The notes below the pieces were generated by a model that had not been told where the DNA came from, ran no database searches, and saw only the letters and a list, made by a program, of their open reading frames with translations. A stretch of DNA of 63,752 bases, counting the filler, from Octopus bimaculoides (lineage: Eukaryota), in assembly GCF_001194135.2 (NCBI RefSeq). It is 3 parts of 3 records of this genome, joined end to end, with 100 filler letters (N's around TTAATTAATTAA, not from the genome) between each part and the next. Parts side by side here need not be neighbours in the genome. Positions count along the whole stretch, not along the records: positions 1 to 31,280 come from NC_068991.1; 2 more parts are not named here. One strand, written 5' to 3'. The translations under genes and the position numbers were made by a program. Shown here one piece after another: positions 1 to 12,614 of the stretch (its first letter is position 1; every line of letters begins with the position of its first letter).

Positions 1-53
1 GAGAAAGTGATACAGATAGTGTTACTAGACGCTCGGGAAAGGAAAGAGAGAGA

Positions 54-88
54 GTATGACGTTTCGAGCGGAGCTCTTCGTCGGAAAC
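54..88 (-). ncRNA. Candidate minimal type I hammerhead ribozyme (U4C core)
   Basis: Minus strand reads GUUU-CCGACGA-A-GAGC(UCC)GCUC-GAA-ACGU-C-AUAC. It has a 4-bp stem II, the GAAA core, a palindromic ACGU stem III and a UC cleavage site between 58 and 57. Stem I pairs at only 3 of 4 positions. Confidence 0.5.
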
Positions 89-254
89 AAGAAAAGTTCA
101 AAGAAGGGAAAAACGGAGGTAGTAAAAATCGCCACCGATGTCCACGAGGTTACATTGTGGAAGGACCGGAAGAGGAAGTGGTGGAGGAAAAGTTCTTTCT
201 AAGACAGGAGAGTGAAAATGTGTGCGTCCGTGAGGGTCGTATGTGTGTAATAAC

Positions 255-985
255 AGAACGTGTGTGTGCGTATGTATGTGTGTCTGTGTGTGTGTGTGTG
301 GTTTGGCTGTGTATCTGTTAGTGTATGTGTGTGTGTTTGTGTGTGACGTAGTGGAAGGAATTAGTAGCAGGAATAGTTTGGGAGTGGTGTGGACGAAGTA
401 AGTAGAAAGTAGGCAGGCAGTTTTGGAGTATGTGTGTGTGCATGTGTGTCTGTATTGTGTGGGTGTGATTTCCTAGCAGTGTGTGCCTGTATTTTTTGTG
501 TGCGTGTGTGTATGTGTATATATATGTGTGTGTACGTGTGTGTGTATATGTGTGCGGTTTGCTCTGTGGATCGCACGTGGGTTATTTCGTGTGTGTGTGT
601 GCGTGTGCGTGTATGTGCATAATATGTGTTCGTGTATGTGTTACTGTTTGTTGTGTGTGTATGTGAGTTATGTGTGGGTTCATTTGCATGTGTGTACATG
701 TATGTGCACCTGGGTGTGTGTGTGTGTGTGAGTGTGTGTGTAGGTCATTTGCATGTGTGTGTAAGTGAGTTCGTTTCTACATGTGTGTGTGTGTGTCCTG
801 TGTGTGTGCGTGTGTATGTGTGTGTGCCTGTGATGTGTGTGCGTGTGTGTATGTATGTATACTTGGGTGTGTGTGTGTGTGAGTGCGTGTTGTGTGTGTG
901 TAGGAGTTATGTGTGGGTTCATTTGCATGTGTGTATATGTGGGTTCGTTTGTGCCGGTGTGTGTAATAATATAAATAATATATAA
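255..985. repeat. Compound (TG)n-rich low-complexity tract with an internal repeated unit
   Basis: TG dinucleotide background with a recurring unit gagttatgtgtgggttcatttgcatgtgtgt at about 665 and 904, and partially at 741. It explains the VCVC/HTHT ORFs. Confidence 0.9.
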
Positions 986-1056
986 ACATATGCATATATC
1001 CATACATATGTGTACATACCTACATCTCTATGTATACATACATGCATATATGGGTC

Positions 1057-1424
1057 CAGGACATAAAAAAAAATCGCTAAACGCAATGAGAAACGAAAAC
1101 AGAAAACAAACTTTTTTCGAACAACAAAAAAGACAAACAGAGAAACGAGACATGCAATATAAAGAGTATAAGCCTTTGCCAGTTGTCTCTGTTCCATCTA
1201 CCTCGCGTTTCGAAGGCAAGGATAATACGCGACTTCGTTGGAACAGAACTTCCCGCAAAGCAAATTAAATAAAATTTGGAATTTTTTGCGGAGGGTGAAA
1301 GTGTTAACAAAAATAGGACAGTGAGAACAAGACAGTAAAAACAAACAGTCAAGGCTGTAAAGCGAAGACGATAGAAAATTTATTATGAACGCTATGACAG
1401 ACGTGCATGAGAGAAGAGACAGAA
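1057..1424. mobile_element. Unclassified interspersed repeat (family X), copy 1
   Basis: Colinear and similar to 5573-5950 over about 370 bp. It is non-coding and runs into an N gap. Confidence 0.8.
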
Positions 1425-1792
1425 NNNNNNNNNNNNNNNNNNNNNNNNNNNNNNNNNNNNNNNNNNNNNNNNNNNNNNNNNNNNNNNNNNNNNNNNNNNN
1501 NNNNNNNNNNNNNNNNNNNNNNNNNNNNNNNNNNNNNNNNNNNNNNNNNNNNNNNNNNNNNNNNNNNNNNNNNNNNNNNNNNNNNNNNNNNNNNNNNNNN
1601 NNNNNNNNNNNNNNNNNNNNNNNNNNNNNNNNNNNNNNNNNNNATATATATATATATATATAATTATATGTATTTATTTTCTCTTGGTTAACAATTAACT
1701 CTGACAAAATAAATTGTTTAATAGTTACCGGGTAGCAAAGTTCACAAAATAAATTGGATGTAACCCTGTTGATGTGAGGTATTTTGAATAAA

Positions 1793-2760
1793 TATAAGAT
1801 TAAATAAATGGAGTTATACGCACGTGTTAAATGATTTCTTTTACTTCCGACATATGTTTCGAAGATTACAATTGGTTCATTCCAAAGGAATGAATGGTGT
1901 AGAGAAAGACGCTGCATAGCTTATTTGAAAAACAAAACCGTTGGAAGGTGCAACGCTACGAGACAGTACGTTGGAAGAGGAAGGAAGAAAAAGAGAAAGA
2001 AGAAAATATTAGAATCTGGAGTGGAAAGTAAATAGAACAATTTTAAACCAGATTAAATTTGTAAGAAAAGTATGTTGTGTGTAATGGAAATGTAAAAGGG
2101 AAATAATCGTGTGTTTATACTTGCAGTGTTGACATTTATATATACACACGATAACCGTGTGGCAATAAAGGCAATGTTTATATTATTTATATAGGTAAAT
2201 GGTGCTTGTGTGTATTAGTAAGGTATCAAGTGTTTTAACAATATATAAAGATAATAAATGCTCTGTTGATCTAAAGAGAGAGAGAGTTATTAAATGAAAT
2301 GGAAATTAGAAGGGTAAAGTTAAAGAATTTATGGAGTTAAAAAAATACTTGTTTGAACTAAGTTAATGTTTGAACCAATATTTACTTCGATATCCACGCT
2401 CGATAGGTCTTAATGCAAGGATATACTTATGAATAAAATAAAGTAAAGGGTTCTATATTTTGTAGAGCAGTATGTTATACGTAATAATGTTGGGAAAAAA
2501 ATATTTATATATTTTTGGCACCTTTCAACGTTTTTTATTTTTTTCAAATAAGCTATGTGCCGTCCTTCTCTAATCGCAGTTGTCGCATTCGGTAAATATG
2601 TCGTACGTTTGAGTTGTATTTCCCTGAAGATAAGATTGCATCTTTCTCAACATCATTCATTCCTTTGGAATGAACTAATTGTAATCTTCGAAATATATGT
2701 CTGAAGTAAAAGAAAGTATTTAACACGTGCGTATAACTCCATTTATTTAATCTTATATAC
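1793..2760. repeat. Long inverted repeat (foldback/MITE-like, or two opposed copies of one repeat)
   Basis: 1793-1951 is the reverse complement of 2518-2558 plus 2638-2760. The right arm has about 80 extra bp. The arms are diverged, not identical. Confidence 0.8.
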
Positions 2761-2766
2761 ACACAA

Positions 2767-2804
<38 letters not shown>

Positions 2805-2805
2805 G

Positions 2806-2854
<49 letters not shown>

Positions 2855-2856
<2 letters not shown>

Positions 2857-3012
2857 TAACAAAACTGTCCGATGAATGGGAACGTGAAACTCAGAGTAAC
2901 GGTTTTTTGTGCCGTAGAGTAATATGCTTTTAAATAAAGCATATTACTCTACATCTGGTATTTGAGTACTCTTTTTTCCACCTTGCTGCACATTTCATGT
3001 GCTTACTCCGGT
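2855..3012 (+). mobile_element. Short hammerhead-bearing non-coding element (family H), copy 1; possible PLE terminal-repeat remnant or retrozyme-like element
   Basis: Homologous to 51404-51552. The layout is ribozyme fold, AATAAA, a conserved tail of about 70 bp, then (TA)n. It is flanked by microsatellites. Confidence 0.7.
2861..2906 (+). ncRNA. Minimal type I hammerhead ribozyme fold (U4C core)
   Basis: AAAACUGU-CCGAUGA-AUG(GGAA)CGU-GAA-ACU(CAG)AGU-A-ACGGUUUU. It has an 8-bp stem I with one G.U, a 3-bp stem II with a GNRA loop, a 3-bp stem III and a UA cleavage site after 2898. Confidence 0.7.
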
Positions 3013-5572
3013 ATATATATATATATATATATTTATNNNNNNNNNNNNNNNNNNNNNNNNNNNNNNNNNNNNNNNNNNNNNNNNNNNNNNNNNNNNNNNN
3101 NNNNNNNNNNNNNNNNNNNNNNNNNNNNNNNNNNNNNNNNNNNNNNNNNNNNNNNNNNNNNNNNNNNNNNNNNNNNNNNNNNTATCAATAATAACACTTT
3201 GAATGTGGCTCTCGAGAAAGAGTAAAAGTAATCATCCGACCAACAACGGGTATTACTGCTAGTACTATATAAATAAAAATGACAAATGTCCACAGTAAAT
3301 ATTGAAATTGAATTTCTCTCTTTCACACACAGAAAATGAATATATAGTCGTGCATTCTCTTGATGGCACTGTTAAGTCACACGGAAAATTAAACTTTTCG
3401 GGCGTATACTTAGGTAAATTCTGATAACCACAAAAATGAATGTCGAACGACCAAAATTGAAAAGCACACATAAAAGTGACCGCGAAATTCATTATGTTCG
3501 AACAGAGGGAAAATTTTAAGGGCTTCGTTTTAAGATGTTTTTTGTAATGAAACTATCCCGATGATCTATAAGCACCGACTGCGCATTACGCGGACTAAGC
3601 AACATTTCCTACATAATTTCAATCTTATGATGAGACCAAGTGCATTTTGAAGTTTTAGCTGATTAACGAATTCAGGAAATCTAAAGTACTAATTAGGGAA
3701 TTTAAGATAATCATACTAACAAACTATTAAACTCGGGCGCTTATGTGTGTTTAGCATGAGTCAGAAAGACTAACTGACCCTATTTCACATACATCTGTTC
3801 CTGTGCACTTATGCACATGCACACACAGGGACATGCGTACACATACACATACATGCACACAGGAATAATTAGATGCAGCTGTGTGCGGAATTTAGTTAGT
3901 TCAATGTGATACGTGGCCGGCAATTTATTTCAAAATAGTATAAATATCAGTGTAATTTAAAGCGAGTACGCACTGCGTCGCAAATTTATAGTATACTGGA
4001 TTTCATTCGGTATTTTAGATATTTTGTTACCAACAGACTTCGAGTTCAGTATAATAAGGCAATTACTCAAATTTTAACTCAATGTTCTAAATCGGTGACA
4101 TTATATTTAATATTGAAGATATATCGATATCTTCCGAATTTCGTTTCAGTATGTTGCAACGAAATCAACTACATTTCATTACATAAAATTACGAATCGGT
4201 GTGAAAGGACGTATGAGTTCATCTGTCGAAACGTGGGACATTTGAATGTGTAAACAATAGATAAATAAATCAATAGATGAAATGTAGATATTTCTGGGAG
4301 GAAATGGGGTTGTGTGATCAAATATAACGCCCTTGTTAAAAGGATTTCTGTGTTGTTGCATATCATCCGCATAATTCTACGGTTCTGTTTATTGAAGCGT
4401 GACTTTTCGACGGTAGCTATATTAGATTTTCATTAGTCAATAGTGTGTGTTCTCTTATATTCAAGTTCACAGTAATTTTATCCGCAATCTAAGATAATTT
4501 CCGATATATCATAATGGTTATCCTATATACACCCCCACAGTAACAGAGGCACATTCGCACACATGCGCGCGCACAGACACACATCCACACACAGGGATGC
4601 ATACAAACGTACATGCATACATACATACACACAATCACAGACATACGTATATAGATTCCTTAATGAGCATTGTATATCAAATATGCCTCAACGAACAAAC
4701 GAATACTACTGCTTCGTGAATGTCATTTTTATCTTAAAATTTCAAAATGATGTTTCTTTGATATCGTTTGCGTTCAGTACTTTCAAATTGTGTTGACTGA
4801 TTCAGCTCTGTGGGAAATAAATTTCCAGGTTTACTTGATCCATTTCCACTGCCGACTGGTCATTCCACGATAGATATCTGTCGAACAATGTTCGTCTACT
4901 GTTTCATACTGAAGTTAAGTTTCTAATGGTTTTGTTGGATGAACTGAAAGTGTTTAAAGTGAATTACTCTTTCATACAAAAGAGTGATTTCTTTCCAAAT
5001 AAAGAGCAGTATACCTAATTAATAGATGACAAAAGGCTAATTAAAGTAGCATCAATTTATGTAAGTGCGTATGTCTATGAATATGTATGCCTGGGTCTTC
5101 GAAGAAACGAACAGAATATTTCAGGGGATCAGCATTCAGATGTTCTATGTTCATCATAACAGTAAACGATTAATGACGAACGGAAAATATTCTAACTGTA
5201 AAAGTGCTAACGCCCCCCAAAATAAGTAAATAAATATATAAATAAATAACAACACAGATTTATACGCAACATAAACGAAATTAATCTCTGATAATGAATA
5301 TACATATACATATGCATACATTCATACATACGTAAATACACGCACAGATGCGCATGCACAAACGCACACACAAACACACACAAACACACGCCCCCATACA
5401 CATAAACACACACACGCATAAATATGGCCGAAACGTACCCAAGTATNNNNNNNNNNNNNNNNNNNNNNNNNNNNNNNNNNNNNNNNNNNNNNNNNNNNNN
5501 NNNNNNNNNNNNNNNNNNNNNNNNNNNNNNNNNNNNNNNNNNNNNNNNNNNNNNNNNNNNNNNNNNNGTGTA

Positions 5573-6031
5573 CAGGACATCACAAAAAAAAAAAACGTTA
5601 AACACAATGAGAAACGAAAACAGAAAACGAACTTTTTTACAACAACGAAAAAAAAAACCAGAGAGACGAGCCATGCAACATAAAGAATATTTTCCTTCAT
5701 CAGTTGTCCCTGTTCCATCTACTCCGCGTTTCGAAGGCAAGGGCAATACGTGACTTCGTTGGAACAGTTCTTCCTGCAAAGCAAATTGAATAAAATTTGG
5801 AATTTTTGGCGGAGGGTAAATGTGTTAACAAGAACAGGACAGTGAGACAGTAAAAACAAACAATAAGGGCTGTTAGGCCAAGACGATAGAAAAATTATTA
5901 GTTTTTGAACGCTAGTAGACGTGAATGAGAGAGGAGACCAGAGACAGAAAAATCACGTCTTCTCTATAAGAAGCCAGCGGATAGAAAGACTCCCTTTCGT
6001 CACGTGTCAGCGACGAGAGCGTCAAGGAGGA

Positions 6032-6037
<6 letters not shown>
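5573..6037. mobile_element. Unclassified interspersed repeat (family X), copy 2
   Basis: Homologous to 1057-1424 and ends in an (AG)n tract. Confidence 0.8.
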
Positions 6038-6075
<38 letters not shown>

Positions 6076-6130
6076 GGAGATAGAGAGAGAGAGAGACAGA
6101 GAGAGAAAGTGAGAGAGAGAGAGAGAGGGA
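6038..6130. repeat. (AG)n microsatellite
   Basis: Direct inspection. Confidence 0.95.
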
Positions 6131-7566
6131 ATGGTGAAAGGGAGAGAAGAATAGGTAAAGGGTAGGAGAGAAAAACAGAAAGGATGAAGAACAAGAGAGG
6201 GAGAGAGATAGACATATATATATATATATAAATTTAAGTACAGGGTAAAAATTAAATATTAACTCTTTACCAGTGGCAAGCATGAATAAAAATGTCGGTA
6301 GACTGCAAATATTATTATATCATATGTGTGTATAAAAATTATACACGAAGGAAAAAGCCACTAAGGTATGTATTGAGTTTTCTAATTATACGTCCATCGG
6401 AATTTTCGCTGATGAGTCATAGATGGTTTAATGCATTGATTGATTGATTAATTAATTAGTGTATTTAATCGTTAAGGGCAAAATTTCGAAGTACGGGAAT
6501 GACATCATTTTCAGATTCCCTCAAATTTTCCTGCCCGCCTACATTCGATGTGCTAAAATAAGAATTAGTTTTTCGTGGTTTGAGATTTAACTCCTGTTTC
6601 TAGTGTGTTGGAAAACCACTTAGTGGCGTTTTCCTTCGTGTATAAGTTTTACACACACACATATAATGTATATATATGTATATATGAATTAGTTATAAAG
6701 ACTACATAGAATATAGACAAGAAGACGTAAGACGCCTGAAATGCCTAGGTACAATAACATAGAGTTCACAGTGAGGTCAACGACAATCACAGTATGACGT
6801 TTGGCAACATATTGCTGACATGGAATTACCAAATCGGATTGAAAGAGTAGATTTGACTCCTATGTGTGGCGTAGACATAAAAAGAACAGAGAAATGGCGT
6901 TTAAAATCAAAACAGCTATTACGGTAGAATTTTCTTGATGTACTGATAGTTTAAATCACAACGTATATTCCATCTTCAGATAAGGCTTTAAACAAGCGAG
7001 ATTCTATACATCAAACCGGAGAAACCCAAAGTGTTTCTTTAAAAAAATAACATAGAGGCGGGATGGAGGCATCTATAGTTAACTTTGACGATATTTCTAT
7101 TGCAGATCTTGTGATATTTATGAAGGCAAGGGAAGTGTTTATATATGAGTTACATGGATTTTCTACCCTTGTTCCTCTATACATTCACATTATTTTTCCT
7201 CTGTATCTGTCTTGGTTTATCAACATTTAGTTCAACATAAGTTATATTACTCTTGAAGATGGACTTTTCTAATGCAGGGTTGTTGTATAATGCAGTTTGT
7301 TTGAAATCAGATTTATCCACGAGTAGGTCGGAAACATGTCTGCGAATGCTATTAACTAATTGTGTGTTACTTAAGGGTGGGTGGTTGAGCCTATATAGTA
7401 GATGTCCTCATTTCGTTTCTGGTTAGATTTAACTGCTTGTACTAAGATTGATGTTAACCTTCTCATAATTTGGGATTGGAAAGTCAATTACCTGTCACTT
7501 TCTCTCTTCTTAATCTACTACTTCTAGATTCCATTACACACTTAGCCTGAGAGTTAAAATCCTACG

Positions 7567-7671
7567 CCTTCTTCTTCTTCTTCTTCTTCTTCTTCTTCTT
7601 CTTCTTCTTCTTCTTCTTCTTCTTCTTCTTCTTCTTCTTCTTCTTCTTCTTCTTCTTCTTCTTCTTCTTCT
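7567..7671. repeat. (CTT)n microsatellite
   Basis: Perfect tract running into an N gap. It is the source of the poly-R/poly-E ORFs. Confidence 0.97.
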
Positions 7672-9667
7672 NNNNNNNNNNNNNNNNNNNNNNNNNNNNN
7701 NNNNNNNNNNNNNNNNNNNNNNNNNNNNNNNNNNNNNNNNNNNNNNNNNNNNNNNNNNNNNNNNNNNNNNNNNNNNNNNNNNNNNNNNNNNNNNNNNNNN
7801 NNNNNNNNNNNNNNNNNNNNNNNNNNNNNNNNNNNNNNNNNNNNNNNNNNNNNNNNNNNNNNNNNNNNNNNNNNNNNNNNNTGTGTGTGTGTGTGTGTGT
7901 GTGTGTGTCTGTGTGCGCGTGTGTGTGTGTGTGTGTGTGCGTGTGTATATGTGTGCATTTAAGAGTGTGATTCTGAATACGTGTGTACTTATTGTGTTTA
8001 AGGTGGACAGAATGGGACGAAAATTAGATGACAGTTTTATAACTTTATACTGACCTGAGATTTGTCTCCTCATATGTCACTTAACTGATAAAATACCTGC
8101 TTGATTTTGATAACCGTTAATGTCAACTCAGGGTTACACAATATCTATGATTCTTGTATATTTTCAACAACAATCATTAACTATAAAATAATTTAGAGAA
8201 TTCAAATACAATAATCGTTTGACATCTGCTTCTTGCATGCCCGTTCAAGCCACACCTACATTTTCTATGTATTTGCATTTAATCTAAAAAAAGAAGAAAA
8301 AAGACGCACTAATCCAACGAAGTGTGATTTTTCCGATTTGATGGATGAAATCTCATCTGTTTCAATTTTACGGCAAGGTTGCGGATTATGTAATTATATA
8401 ATCTATAACCCCACTAATAAAGCTTTTACCGAAACTGCTGCCGTAAATTTTAAACCCCATCTATGCTCCCTTTACACACGCACATGCACACACACACACA
8501 CACACACACCCACACAGACACACACACCCACACTCACACACACACACACACACACACACATGCATACGTTCACATATATTTCTAGTGAGATATGCGGTGT
8601 AAACTGCATATATATTTGTAGTCGGATATTGGTGTAAACTGATGTCAATAGCATAGTTTAGGGTGTATTAGAATATTAAAGTAGTATTGTCGAACCTTAA
8701 TTAATAACTATAATACATGATTTCTTTGTTAACAGATTAATGTAAATTGAACTTCAAAATAAACAAAATACTTAAATTAAAATTATATTATTTTTAATAA
8801 TAACATCATTCTTAATCTTCCTTTAGCGTATTCTCTTCTGTAATATGATGAATCTTTATTGGATAATAAAATTCTAAAATTTTATATCGGAAAATGTTAT
8901 GATGAGAAGTGAAAATTAAAAGAAATTCTTTATTCCATGGTATTTTCTGAAATGGCTATGCATTGATTTAGAATAATGAAATCGAATGTAAAATAATAAT
9001 TATAGATTTATATTTTAATTATACCCAAAATTACGGATAATAATAAAGATGGATAATGTTAAGAATTGCCCTATTTAGATGTTCGACTCAATATAGTCTA
9101 TGAATTAAAAAAATTATACGACTAAGTTCTACGCTATGCAAATATTAGTTATTGTGCAGCTTCGCTTGGAAATATTGACACACGTATTCCAACATGTTCT
9201 TAATCCTAATTCTCAAGACTTTTAAATTGCGAAGTATCGCGAAGTCACGAATTGTTAATAATGACAGTTGACCGAATTATTTAACAAGGAATATTGAATG
9301 AAAATATTTTTAAACACCAACTACGAATCATCCATTACAAATCATCATCTGTATTTATAAAACATTCATCCTCAGGGAAAATTCGGTGTTACCTCCGAAG
9401 ACGTTACATTGAAGACACAAAACTATGATAACAGTATTCACGTCAACCTTAATTTATTACATATTCCATCTTAATATAAAGTTATGATTAATATCAAATG
9501 ATCGTCAACATGTGTATATACAGAAACCAAATCAATATTAGGCTAAGTGAGATTATAAACAAATAAACAAAATTATTTATGAATTGTCTGATTATTTTAT
9601 AAAAACTAATTATTCTTGTTGTGTCTGAATGTTTGGCACGCTTCATATGTGCTCTTCTTTTATTTTA

Positions 9668-9720
9668 AACTAGCAGAGACACACGGCGTTGCTCTGTAAT
9701 AAAATGGTGTAGTTTGTATA
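9668..9720 (+). mobile_element. Possible 5' end of a Helentron/DINE-like non-autonomous element
   Basis: actagcagagacacacggcgttgctc resembles the ACTAG..CCCGGCGTTGC..GG start seen in such elements. No 3' end was identified. Confidence 0.35.
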
Positions 9721-10234
9721 TACAAAACGTGACGCCATCGTCGCCGTCGTGGTGGTTAGAAAGTATGAAAATGAAACAATTTATTACATTTCAATATAGA
9801 TGTTATTCTTTCAATATAGATGTTATTCTTTCACTTTTATTCTTCGAGTTTTGATGGGTAATACGGAACCAGTGCCAATGTTGCAATGTTTTAATCCCCC
9901 GAAAATTAGATGTCGACACTCCCGGGGTATGATAGTATTACCATGGAAAATTTGATTTGGTTTGGTTGAGCCATTTGAGAATGCATTAGGAATGCATTGG
10001 GAACAGACAGAGATACAAAATATTATATATATATATATATATATATGCATATAATTATTCCGACTCCAGCACATTGTCATTCTTTTCGGTATATCTCCAT
10101 GTGTGATTATGAGATTGTGGCTGTGATGTGAAGAAGATTTTGCTGCTATTTCTAGAGAGAAGACTGACTACTTACATTATTTTTGGTTTTCTCAAAAGAT
10201 GATTTTGATGTTAAACCTTAGATAAAAGGCCTGA

Positions 10235-10395
10235 CATTTTAAGGGTCGGGGTAAGTCGATTATCTCAACCTTAGTATTTGACTAGTACTTAATTTATCGA
10301 CACCGAAAGAATGAAAGTCAAAGTCGACCTCTGGGGAATTTAAACTCAGAATTTAAAGTCGGAGTAAATATCGCTAAGCATCTTGTCCGCGTGGT
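10235..10395 (-). mobile_element. tRNA-related SINE, family C (degenerate)
   Basis: Matches the 35460-35688 copy (gtcgactttg..tttcat..tttcgg..tcgataaa..gtac body and B-box-like gagtttaaattcc). Confidence 0.75.
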
Positions 10396-10630
10396 TTGTC
10401 ATATTGATGAACCACAAAAATGATGAGTCATTGATGTACATCATTCATAGATGGAATTAGAGATACGTTACAAGCCATTCAGGTGTGTTAACTCCTGGTG
10501 CTTCCAGAAAATATTCTCTACCGTCATATCACAGCCTACAGTCATCTTATAATCTAACGGTGTATGGATGATAGTGTTTATTACATTAGCGCTGTTTCTA
10601 TTTCATATTTGAATACATAGACACAGACAG

Positions 10631-10661
<31 letters not shown>

Positions 10662-12614
10662 TATATATATATAAAATTCTAAATTTGAGCATGCCGTTTA
10701 CACCACGTTCACTGTATTCGGCTACCAGATGTCAGTATAGATGTAAATGCCACTGGAGTTACTGCAAACATTCCTTTGTGCCCGTAGAGTTTATAACATT
10801 ATAACATATGAGAGTTTGACACTCACTTTTTCTTAGATAAGTCAATCGGAGACTAAATATGAAAGTACCTTTTAAAAATCACCTGCCGAAGCACATCTGC
10901 ACCGGAAGATGCACCACAATTATTTATATNNNNNNNNNNNNNNNNNNNNNNNNNNNNNNNNNNNNNNNNNNNNNNNNNNNNNNNNNNNNNNNNNNNNNNN
11001 NNNNNNNNNNNNNNNNNNNNNNNNNNNNNNNNNNNNNNNNNNNNNNNNNNNNNNNNNNNNNNNNNNNNNNNNNNNNNNNNNNNNNNNNNNNNNNNNNNNN
11101 NNNNNNNNNNNNNNNNNNNNNNNNNNNNNNNNNNNNNNNNNNNNNNNNNNNNNNNNNNNNNNNNNNNNNNNNNNNNNNNNNNNNNNNNNNNNNNNNNNNN
11201 NNNNNNNNNNNNNNNNNNNNNNNNNNNNNNNNNNNNNNNNNNNNNNNNNNNNNNNNNNNNNNNNNNNNNNNNNNNNNNNNNNNNNNNNNNNNNNNNNNNN
11301 NNNNNNNNNNNNNNNNNNNNNNNNNNNNNNNNNNNNNNNNNNNNNNNNNNNNNNNNNNNNNNNNNNNNNNNNNNNNNNNNNNNNNNNNNNNNNNNNNNNN
11401 NNNNNNNNNNNNNNNNNNNNNNNNNNNNNNNNNNNNNNNNNNNNNNNNNNNNNNNNNNNNNNNNNNNNNNNNNNNNNNNNNNNNNNNNNNNNNNNNNNNN
11501 NNNNNNNNNNNNNNNNNNNNNNNNNNNNNNNNNNNNNNNNNNNNNNNNNNNNNNNNNNNNNNNNNNNNNNNNNNNNNNNNNNNNNNNNNNNNNNNNNNNN
11601 NNNNNNNNNNNNNNNNNNNNNNNNNNNNNNNNNNNNNNNNNNNNNNNNNNNNNNNNNNNNNNNNNNNNNNNNNNNNNNNNNNNNNNNNATGTGGCAACAT
11701 TTCAAATACAAGTGGGAGAGAGAATACATAAAAATCCAAATGTGAGGAAGAACACATACGTCCATCTTGACATAGCCGAGTCTATCAGGCTAGTAATTTA
11801 TTCAAGACAAAAGTTTTAACTGTCTCAGATTTTATTGTTTCTTATCTAGTGGTGATAGCAAAGGGACAATCACTTCTAAAGAGAGGGAAGATGTAAGCAG
11901 TATGCATGGACAAGGCTATAAAATGTATTAGAATCTAAAGGTTTCACTGGTCATAGTAGTATCAGGTCATTTTACTACTATCAAAGTGTTGAGGAATTAC
12001 AGCCCTAGGTATATGGGTCAAATAGTTTTTTTTACTTTTAGTCTGAATGGAGTAACAGTATAGTGGTATAGACAACAGCAATACTCTAACCAATGTTTTC
12101 ACAATAAGAGGTATGTTAAATAAAGTGAGATGTAATTATTTTCCACAAAAATCATGAAATAATGCCAATATTGAATTCAGGGGCTCTGGATAGGGTGTAA
12201 AATTTAAGGATATTAAGTATATAGTGACCATGAAAACTATTTTGAATTATCTTACAAAAAGTTTTTAGCTGAAGATAAGATAATGATACGATTTAGGAGA
12301 CACATAGGTAAGCTTTATTTATATAATGTGAATAAAAAATAAAAATTATTATCGGATTTATATTAGTTTATAATAATGTGCTTACTAAGGTTTAAGGGAC
12401 TGAAAAAAGAAAGGATGTTAGGAAATAACAAGGGTAATCAATACAGGAATCTGATGATTGATTTAAGTAGATTAGATGTTAAGGTGAGAGATCAGGAATA
12501 TATGTTATAAAGGTTCAATTACCAATACAAATATGTGCTAATTGATAGTCCTAGATGACCGTAATAGAAGTAAAGTACTATATTTTGATAACTTTAGTTA
12601 CTTAAATAAAAGCC

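Noticed and set aside
5680-5706. Minus-strand CUGAUGA with a short stem in repeat X copy 2
   Set aside because: There is no GAAA, and the motif is not conserved in copy 1.
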